Assembly: GCA_035546535.1 (NCBI GenBank)
Contig: DASZWQ010000111.1
Span: forward strand, 16,357-80,356
Length of the DNA: 64,000 nucleotides
DNA from: Pirellulales bacterium
GTDB lineage: Bacteria > Planctomycetota > Planctomycetia > Pirellulales > JACPPG01
Reading direction: 5' to 3'
Part shown: positions 37,461 through 44,920 of the stretch, in pieces
Layout of the letters: the number at the start of each line of letters is the position of its first letter
Numbering within the stretch: the stretch's first letter is position 1
Position numbers and translations under genes: made by a program
Notes under the pieces: generated by a model
What the model was told of the DNA's origin: nothing
The model's input: the letters and a program-made list of their open reading frames with translations, nothing else
Databases searched by the model: none

Positions 37461-38812
37461 TCGCGCAGTGGTTTTGCGGACGGATCGACGAGCCTGATGG
37501 GGCGGCCCACGTTCGACATGTTCTGGTCCATGGGATCAAGTCCCAGCGCCAGCACCATCGTGCCGAGCAGATCCGGGACCGAAACAGGGCGGTCGGCGAC
37601 CTGCATGCCGTCCTCGCTCGTCCGGCCCACGACCTGACCGCCAGCGATGCCACCGCCGGCCAGCACGGTGGACCAGGCCGTGGGGAAATGATCGCGTCCC
37701 TGGTTGTTGTTGATCTTCGGCGTGCGGCCGAACTCGCCCATCCATACGACGAGCGTCGAGTCGAGCAGGCCGCGCATTTTCAAATCCTCGATCAACGTAG
37801 CCCAGCCCGAGTCGAGCACCGGCAGCATCTTTTTCAGCAGATCGAAGTTGTTCTGATGCGTATCCCAGCCGAATGTGTTCAACTCGGGCAGTCCGTTGAA
37901 CGAGACCTCGACGAACGGGACGCCGCGCTCGATCAGGCGTCGCGCCAGCAAGCAACCCTGGCCAAACGCGTTGCGGCCGTATGCGTCACGCAGCGGCGCC
38001 GCTTCGCCTTCCAGGTCGAAAGCCGCGGTGGCGCTCGAGCGCATCAGGCGATCGGCCTGACGATAGGCCGCCACGTGGCTTTGCGGGGCGTGGCCCGGAT
38101 GCGTGTCGGCAAAGGTGCGCTCCATATCGGCCAAGAGACCGAGTCTCGCATCGGCCTGCGCGCGCTCGACATCCTTAGCCAGAGTCAGATTCGGAACCTT
38201 GAGCTGCTGCTCGTAATTGTTCCCCTGCTGGACGACGAACTGCCCGTTGCCGACCACGAGCGGTGCATGACGCGGGCCCAGGAACCCTGGACCGAAGGCC
38301 GCGGGACTGAGAAATGTCATCGGGGCGATGCTGACGCAGTTGGGCAACTCGGCAGCTTCGTCGCCGATCGTCTTGCCCACAAGCGACCCCAGCGAAGGGT
38401 AAGCCACGGGTCCGCCAGGCACGTAGCCGGTGCGCAGCAAGTAAGTGGCGCGGGAATGGTCTCCCTCTTTGGTGCTCATCGATCGGACGATCGACAGATG
38501 ATCTCCCAGCCGCGCCAACCGCGGCATGTGCTCGCAGATTTCCATGCCGGGGGCTGATGTTTTAATCGCCTTGAACGGCCCGCCGTTGGCGTGGCCGGGC
38601 TTGAGATCAAACGTGTCGGTCTGGCTCGGACCGCCCGACATCCACAGAAGAATGCAGGAACGCTTGCGGCGGTTGTCGGTCGCGGCTTGGGCCGCTAGCG
38701 CATCGAACCAGCCGCTGGCCGAGATACCGGCGGCGGCCCCCAGCGTCGTGCGCAACCAATCGCGCCGCGAACCGAAAAATCCGCGCGCAACAGAATTCAG
38801 TTTCTCGTTCAT
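37448..38812 (-). CDS. DUF1501 family protein (sulfatase-like fold, Tat leader)
   Basis: SRRDWLRTTLGAAAG leader. CILLWMSGGPSQTDTFDLKP, GWDTHQNNF and GEFGRTPKIN...GRDH are the DUF1501 hallmarks. Its 3' end overlaps the EF-hand gene start by 13 nt. Confidence 0.9.
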   Translation of the reverse strand: MNEKLNSVARGFFGSRRDWLRTTLGAAAGISASGWFDALAAQAATDNRRKRSCILLWMSGGPSQTDTFDLKPGHANGGPFKAIKTSAPGMEICEHMPRLARLGDHLSIVRSMSTKEGDHSRATYLLRTGYVPGGPVAYPSLGSLVGKTIGDEAAELPNCVSIAPMTFLSPAAFGPGFLGPRHAPLVVGNGQFVVQQGNNYEQQLKVPNLTLAKDVERAQADARLGLLADMERTFADTHPGHAPQSHVAAYRQADRLMRSSATAAFDLEGEAAPLRDAYGRNAFGQGCLLARRLIERGVPFVEVSFNGLPELNTFGWDTHQNNFDLLKKMLPVLDSGWATLIEDLKMRGLLDSTLVVWMGEFGRTPKINNNQGRDHFPTAWSTVLAGGGIAGGQVVGRTSEDGMQVADRPVSVPDLLGTMVLALGLDPMDQNMSNVGRPIRLVDPSAKPLRECLV

Positions 38813-38928
38813 AACTTCATGTCTCCTGCTCCGAACGCCGTTGGTCGAGATTCCGAAGTTTTCCTTGATGCCAACGCGCCCTGCCCCGGCCCGCCTTTGC
38901 CGCGGACGCGCTGGCCATAATTACGCAA

Positions 38929-40578
38929 TTAATGGTTGAAAACGAATTCGCTCGAGTTCAGCAGCGCCCAAAAGATGTCCCCCATGGCCCGTTCGGGGTT
39001 CAGCGATAGGGCTCTCTCGGCCAGATACTTTTCCAATCGCTTCAGTTCCTCGTCCGTGGGCGTCCGCTGCACGGTGGCCAGATACATCGTCTCGATCCGT
39101 TGCCGAGTATCGAAACCGGGGAACTGGGCGATCGCGCCCAGCATGGCGCCGTTCCTGCCCGAGGTCGCGTTAGCGACGAATTGTCCGTTCATGATGGCCA
39201 TGGCTTGAATGATCGAGGTGTCGTAATCGATCGGCTTGTCGCGCTGATTGGCGAACAACTCGAGGAAAGTCGACCGCGGCGTGCCGTTGACGAACGCTTC
39301 CTGGCCGTTGGCCAGATTCTGATCGCGGTAGCCGACCGCCGTGGCCAGACTGTCGAAAAGTTGATCCGGCGATAATCCGCGTACCGGCATCACGGCAAAG
39401 GCGTGCGGCGTGCGCTGGCTTTCGTCACTGACGCTGCTCGATAGCTGGTAGGCGCGGCTGGTCGTTATTGCGCGAATAAGATACCCGAGGCGGAATCCGT
39501 TCGACGCAAACCGCTCTCCGAGAATCTCCAACAGCGCGGGATGGCTGGGCGGGTTCGCTTCGTCGAGATCGTCAAGCGGGTCGACGATCCCTACGCCGAA
39601 GAAGTGCGCCCACAGGCGGTTCGACAACGCCCGCGCGAAGTAGCGATTCTCGCGCGACGTAATCCATTCGGCCAGCTTGCCGCGCGCCGTGGCTTGCTCG
39701 GTCCACTCCGGCGTCGTGCCGTCGAGAAACGTCGCGGTCACATCACGCTCGGTATCCGGAATACGCAGCTCGTGCTTGGTGAGATTGTCTGTGAGTGGCG
39801 AAAAGTCGGCATCCTTCTGCTGCCGGTCGATGCCCGCGAAAAAGCTGGCTAGCTGCCAGAACTGTTCGCGCTTCCAATGCGCGAAAGGATGGTCGTGGCA
39901 TTGCGCGCATTCAATACGTACACCCAGGAACGTTCGCGCGGTGACCGCTGCTAGATTCTCGGGCTTGCCTTCCTTGGCCACAAAGAATGCGACCGGGGTC
40001 GTCGCGCGGCGATCGTAGGGATTGATCGGGTTGCCGTTTTGCGTCACCGGCGTCGTCAACAGCTCGCGCGTGATCTCGTCGTAACCGCGCCCTTCGCGAA
40101 ATTGCTTGCGTAGCCACGCCTCGACCGTCGATACCACGAAGCGGATCTGCAGATTGCTGTCGGCCTCGGGCACCAGCGTGTTGCGCCACGTGCGCGCAAA
40201 GTGATTCGTGTAAGCGGATCCTTCGAGCAGGCGATCGATCATCCGCTCGCGCCGATCGGGCGAGACATCTTCCAGAAAATCGCGCGTCTCGGCCACCGAG
40301 GGAATACGCCCGGCCACGTCCAGATAGACGCGGCGCAGGAATTCGGTGTCGGTGGCGGGTGCCGCGGGCACAATTCTTTGCTGACTCCAGCGCGACGCCA
40401 ATTCCGCGTCGATCATTTTGGCCAGTGCCCGCGCACCTTCCCACGATTGAGGCGCTGCCTCGGCGGCCGTGGCGTGCCGCGCATCGGTTACACCAAGCGG
40501 AACCGCCAAAAGAAGCGCAAAACACGAAACGAGTCCGTGACGCACCTGCCAGCTTCGCGGCCCGATCATCACTGTCAC
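38929..40578 (-). CDS. DUF1549/DUF1553 domain protein
   Basis: DUF1549 block FLRRVYLDVAGRIPSVAETRDFLED. DUF1553 block RIECAQCHDHPFAHWKREQFWQLASFFAG. Signal peptide. No N-terminal cytochrome c module. Confidence 0.9.
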   Translation of the reverse strand: MTVMIGPRSWQVRHGLVSCFALLLAVPLGVTDARHATAAEAAPQSWEGARALAKMIDAELASRWSQQRIVPAAPATDTEFLRRVYLDVAGRIPSVAETRDFLEDVSPDRRERMIDRLLEGSAYTNHFARTWRNTLVPEADSNLQIRFVVSTVEAWLRKQFREGRGYDEITRELLTTPVTQNGNPINPYDRRATTPVAFFVAKEGKPENLAAVTARTFLGVRIECAQCHDHPFAHWKREQFWQLASFFAGIDRQQKDADFSPLTDNLTKHELRIPDTERDVTATFLDGTTPEWTEQATARGKLAEWITSRENRYFARALSNRLWAHFFGVGIVDPLDDLDEANPPSHPALLEILGERFASNGFRLGYLIRAITTSRAYQLSSSVSDESQRTPHAFAVMPVRGLSPDQLFDSLATAVGYRDQNLANGQEAFVNGTPRSTFLELFANQRDKPIDYDTSIIQAMAIMNGQFVANATSGRNGAMLGAIAQFPGFDTRQRIETMYLATVQRTPTDEELKRLEKYLAERALSLNPERAMGDIFWALLNSSEFVFNH

Positions 40579-40676
40579 CCTTGTTAGTTTGTGATGTCTG
40601 TGACTCTGTTACCCGTAGCGCACTTCTGTTTGGAGTTCGCGGTACCATGCGGCACGCGGTGCATGCGCGGCTCGGT

Positions 40677-42527
40677 CTACTCTTCATCTAGCCGTGCTTG
40701 ATCGACCGGCTCCTGTCCGCCAATGGTGATCAGGGCAGGCAGGGCGGCGGCCAAAGTTGCGTCGCGCAGAAAATGCCCCTGGCCGTCGGCCGTACAGAAC
40801 ACCACGCCGCCCGGATGAATGCCCCCTAAACGTCCCACCGGCTTGCCGTCGGCCCCAATCGCGACATCGTCAGGCTTGGACCAGGGAACGTTGCGGCGCG
40901 TTTCGACCACCAGCAACGTCGTGGCCGGGCCGTCAGCGATCTCCGAAAGACTCTTCGTACCTTGGTCGACAAAACAGGCCGTCGGTCCGACGATCGCCAT
41001 GACCATGGTATTGCCGCCGGCCGGCGCTTTGCCGGCGGGTACCCCGCCGAATTCGCGCGGCATTTTTGCGACCAGCTTGGCGTTGTGCTCGCTGTCCCAC
41101 GGTTCATCGAGATGGAATTCGCGATACAGCTCTTCGTATCCCAGGTCCGGCAGGATATGAACCCGCCAGCTCAACAAGGACTTGCCGTCGGCAGCGAGAC
41201 TTGCCCGGGCGGGCAGCGCTTTCGTGCGCTCGGCGTGTTTGAGCAGAGCCGCGGCGACGCGTTCCAGGTTTTCTTTCGAGGTGGTGCGCCGCCTGGCCAT
41301 CGCGGGCGAGTTGCGCACGCCCCCCGGCACGCTCGCGGCCACCGGCTCTTGGGGGGCGCGGGCGAACTGGAAGTTTCCTCCCGAGCGTGTCACGCGAGTG
41401 CCAAAGAACTGCCCTACCGCCTCGGTGATGACTTGCATGCCCGTCGCCACGTCGGTATCGGTCCGCATGGTGACGATCGCCGTGCGTTCGAACTGCGAGA
41501 ACTCTGCGCTTGTGGCCAGTTGCCCCAACAAGTCGGAAGGCGATGGCGGCGGTTTCTTGCCGTCCGCCGGGGGATCTTCTTTCGGCTTGGGCTTAATGCT
41601 CAAGCGCGCCACGCCAATCAGCGCCTTCGCGGCCTGCACCTTGGAGTTGGCGATCTTCTCGTCCGGACAATCGAGCATCAGTCGCCAGCGCATGCCAGTG
41701 TCCGCGTCGAGGGTCGCCAACAGCGATTTTACGTCCTTGAGCAGTTGCTCGAAGCCCGGCAGCTCGCGTCCCTGCTTCATCGACTCGACGGCGAAGGCGG
41801 GGTCGAAGGCGAAGACTACCGAGCTGGTCGCAACCTGCGGCCAGGCGTCGTCCCAGATCAGCTTGACGGGTTCGCCGGCGGCTTGTTCCATGACGCGTTT
41901 CAAGATCCACTCCTCGGCGACGACGTAATTTCGCTCATCGGCCGGAAAGAAGCAGATGTTCGGAAAATCGGGGATCTTGTAGAAGCGCTTGCTGGCGTGC
42001 TCGATTTCTTTCATCTCGTAGGGAAACGCGGCACGCTTTTTATCCCAATCCGTGGGCTCACTGGCGCGGACCAGAACGAGATCGAAGATCAGGCCCGGGC
42101 CGTTTTCCCGCGCCGGGCGATCGGGATTCGTGCGCAACATCGCCATCGTCAATTGCTCGATCTTCGTGACCGGCACGGGATTCCGGAAATCGGAGCCATT
42201 GATGTTCAGCAAGCGATCGAGCAGCTTTAGCTCCTCGCGGCCGAAGAATCCTTGCGGGCGTATCGAGAAGAAAGCCGCGGTCTCCGACGGAAGATATTTC
42301 AGCGAGAGCAGTGGAACCGCATCGCTCGGTGACGACTTTGCGTCGCCTTGCGGCGCCGGAGTAGAAGCCGATTCGCCAGCTTCGGGCGGTTCAGCCGCGG
42401 TAAGTCCTCGCGGGCTCAAGGAACAAAGAAGGGCCAATCCGATCGTACACACCGCGAACGCCCGATGGCGCTTCTGTCGACGCACGGATGCACGGACCTT
42501 GGCGAACAAGAACCTCGCCCCAGCCAT
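40677..42527 (-). CDS. Secreted protein with C-terminal DUF1559 (H-X9-DG) domain but no prepilin-type N-terminus
   Basis: The C-terminal ~200 aa contain LSWRVHILPDLGYEELYREFHLDEPWDSEHN and IHPGGVVFCTADG (H-X9-DG). The N-terminal ~400 aa have a signal-like helix and no recognised domain. Confidence 0.65.
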   Translation of the reverse strand: MAGARFLFAKVRASVRRQKRHRAFAVCTIGLALLCSLSPRGLTAAEPPEAGESASTPAPQGDAKSSPSDAVPLLSLKYLPSETAAFFSIRPQGFFGREELKLLDRLLNINGSDFRNPVPVTKIEQLTMAMLRTNPDRPARENGPGLIFDLVLVRASEPTDWDKKRAAFPYEMKEIEHASKRFYKIPDFPNICFFPADERNYVVAEEWILKRVMEQAAGEPVKLIWDDAWPQVATSSVVFAFDPAFAVESMKQGRELPGFEQLLKDVKSLLATLDADTGMRWRLMLDCPDEKIANSKVQAAKALIGVARLSIKPKPKEDPPADGKKPPPSPSDLLGQLATSAEFSQFERTAIVTMRTDTDVATGMQVITEAVGQFFGTRVTRSGGNFQFARAPQEPVAASVPGGVRNSPAMARRRTTSKENLERVAAALLKHAERTKALPARASLAADGKSLLSWRVHILPDLGYEELYREFHLDEPWDSEHNAKLVAKMPREFGGVPAGKAPAGGNTMVMAIVGPTACFVDQGTKSLSEIADGPATTLLVVETRRNVPWSKPDDVAIGADGKPVGRLGGIHPGGVVFCTADGQGHFLRDATLAAALPALITIGGQEPVDQARLDEE

Positions 42528-42943
42528 CCAGCCCTCCTGTTCCCGTCGCCATGCGTCGGCTCAAGAATATGAGGCGCGCGGCGTCGAACCGTCATTATTG
42601 AAATGTGCGAGGCGGTTTACCAGCAAATTCTTTTACAAATGAACTTCGGGCGCTATCCTGATTGCTATCTCACTAAGCGATAGGGCCGGCGCTTGCTAAG
42701 CTAGGAAACTTCAACAAGCGCTATGGCGACCGGTCGCCGGGAGAATGGCTCCATCCAGGGGGTGTTGCTCGCGGCTGACTGGGGTCAACAGGAGCCGCGT
42801 CTTATCTGCGCCGATAGCCTCGGTGAGGTATCGCGGCGACCTGGTGCTCGTCCGCATAAACGATGGCGCCCGGTTGGCGCGTTGCCGTGGCGATGTTGGC
42901 CGGTCGTCGATTATTGAAATCTGGCGGCGCTTCTGCCCTCGCC

Positions 42944-43100
42944 CTAGCAGCCTGTTGAAAAAAGCCCTCGTGGCTTTTTTCAACCTCGCCAAGTGCGAAG
43001 CAAAGCTTCGCACGGCTCGCAAAATAACGACTTACGTCGATTTTTTGCCATCGCATCCCGGCGATGTCGCAGCCCGTTGAGTTCTTCAACAGGCTGCTAG
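42944..43100. mobile_element. MITE-like / structured repeat element bounded by a 16-bp perfect inverted repeat
   Basis: ctagcagcctgttgaa (42944..42959) and ttcaacaggctgctag (43085..43100). Interior holds a 13-bp perfect hairpin gttgaaaaaagcc-ctcgt-ggcttttttcaac, a 9-bp hairpin gtgcgaagc-aaa-gcttcgcac, and catcgc-atcccg-gcgatg. No credible ORF. Confidence 0.4.
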
Positions 43101-43333
43101 CCTCCACAAGGCAATTCTCCCGGATATTGCGACGGTAATCCGCAGAGACAGTGACCTACTAATAGGGGCGGATCGAAGTCTGGCCGCTTCGCGGGCGTGC
43201 CTTGGCAACGTCGGATCCCGGTGCCGCGCTTGCAAGTAAGTGCTCCTCCCCGGCCAGGACATCCAAGACGAAAGCCGGGACCCGCGCCGTCCTTGACTGA
43301 CGATTAACGCACCTTCGCAAGTACGAGTCGAAC

Positions 43334-44176
43334 ATGATCCGGTCCGCTTTTCCTGTAGCTCCGAGAGCCCTTATGCCTGCCGAGGTTTCCGAATGCTCCG
43401 CAACCCCCTCGCTACGTGTGGACGTCGCGCATTTCGCACTTTCCCCAGCGCTGCGGAGTGGGGCGACGGGCGGGCGTTCGGCCTTTGAAATCAAGATGGT
43501 GCTCGATGCGGATGTGGCCCGTGATCTTGAGCGGTATCTTGCCACCCGACTGCACCTTGATCCCTATGCAGCCCAGGCACCGGATCGGGCCTATCCCGTG
43601 ACGACGCTGTACACCGATACTTCTCGGTTCGATGTGCTCCATCGTACGATGCCGCGCAAGCGGAGAAAGTTTCGGCTCCGACGCTATGGCCAGGAGTCGT
43701 GCGTGTATCTCGAACGTAAGACCAGGCACAAAAGCCGCGTGCGCAAGAAACGCACCGTGGTTGACGCCGAACAAGCCAGTGAACTGGCGGGAGATTCCAC
43801 AACACCGAATTGGGCAGGGCTCTGGTTTCACCAATCCATCCGTCGCCACGGATTAGGTCCCGTTTGCGCGGTTGCCTATCGGCGTAGCGCTCTCGTCGGC
43901 CCCTCCGAGTTTGGGCCGGTGCGCGCAACGTTCGACCGTGACTTGACGGCCTTCCGCGCCGAGCGGTGGTCGATCTCCGATCACGTTACCAACGCCGCTC
44001 GTTCGGTTTCCGCACAGACCATCTGTGAATTCAAGTTTTCCGGCGCGCTTCCTTGCTTGTTCAAGGATGTTCTCGAGCGATTCCGGCTCGTGCCCGGGCG
44101 TTTTTCGAAATACCGCGCCGCCGCGCACGTCCTGGGCCTCGTGTCAAAGACGGAAGGAGGCGAGCAACATGCCTGA
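43334..44176 (+). CDS. VTC-domain (polyphosphate polymerase / triphosphate-tunnel-like) protein
   Basis: AFEIKMVL..., YPVTTLYTDTSRFDV, RRKFRLRRYGQESCVYLERKTRHKSRVRKKR match the bacterial VTC (CYTH-like tunnel) pattern. The start may instead be the ATG at 43373. Confidence 0.8.
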   Translation: MIRSAFPVAPRALMPAEVSECSATPSLRVDVAHFALSPALRSGATGGRSAFEIKMVLDADVARDLERYLATRLHLDPYAAQAPDRAYPVTTLYTDTSRFDVLHRTMPRKRRKFRLRRYGQESCVYLERKTRHKSRVRKKRTVVDAEQASELAGDSTTPNWAGLWFHQSIRRHGLGPVCAVAYRRSALVGPSEFGPVRATFDRDLTAFRAERWSISDHVTNAARSVSAQTICEFKFSGALPCLFKDVLERFRLVPGRFSKYRAAAHVLGLVSKTEGGEQHA

Positions 44177-44843
44177 TTGGTTAACTCCCACAACCACCGA
44201 GGGAATCCCGGACGACGCGACCGGGCTCGCGCTGCGACTGGCCATGTCGTTCGCGTTCGGAACGTGCGTCGCGGCGATCTATCTCGCGTCCCACGGTCGC
44301 GAACGATCGCACCCCGCTCCGCTGGCCACGACCTTGGTATTGCTGTCGATGCTCATCGCCATGGTTTCGATCGTCATCGGAAATAGCGTGGCGAGAGCTT
44401 TTAGCCTGGTCGGCGCCCTGTCGATCGTTCGCTTCCGGACCGTCGTCGACGACACGCGCGACACGGCCTTTGTCATTTTCGCCGTGATCGTAGGCATGGC
44501 GGCGGGCGCGGGCTTGTACCTGGTCGCTCTCGTGGGCGTTCCCATGACCGGCTTGATCGCCATTGCCCTGAGCCACTGGACGGCAACCCAGGCCGAAGCC
44601 AAGCCGCGCAGGCACCATTTATCCATTCGATTGGCGCTGGGGCATGACCGCGCGATCGTCGAGCGGGTCATGTCGGAATACTTACAGTCGTTTGTGCTCA
44701 CCGAGAGCTCGACAGCGCGGCAAGGCGAAGCAATCGACTTCTGCTACGAAACGAAGCTGAGAGCCGAATCGGATATGGCACTGCTGGTAATTGTTCTGAA
44801 TCAAGTGGAAGGCGTGATGAACGTGGAAATGCGCCGCACGTAA
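44169..44843 (+). CDS. DUF4956 membrane protein
   Basis: ATG at 44169 overlaps the VTC stop by 8 nt. ARAFSLVGALSIVRFRTVVDDTRDTAFVIFAVIVGMAAGAG is the DUF4956 core. 3-4 TM helices. Confidence 0.8.
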   Translation: MPDWLTPTTTEGIPDDATGLALRLAMSFAFGTCVAAIYLASHGRERSHPAPLATTLVLLSMLIAMVSIVIGNSVARAFSLVGALSIVRFRTVVDDTRDTAFVIFAVIVGMAAGAGLYLVALVGVPMTGLIAIALSHWTATQAEAKPRRHHLSIRLALGHDRAIVERVMSEYLQSFVLTESSTARQGEAIDFCYETKLRAESDMALLVIVLNQVEGVMNVEMRRT

Positions 44844-44920
44844 GTTCGTCTTGGCCGCGATTGCGAAAACAGTCGCGCCGCATCGAAAAATGAATACGTC
44901 GCTAATCGAGAGGAGACGTC

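Noticed and set aside
42711-43107. Three overlapping ~100-codon ORFs in the 42.5-43.3 kb gap.
   Set aside because: They are mutually exclusive, cross the hairpin-rich MITE-like element, and have no RBS, signal or motif. The region reads better as non-coding.
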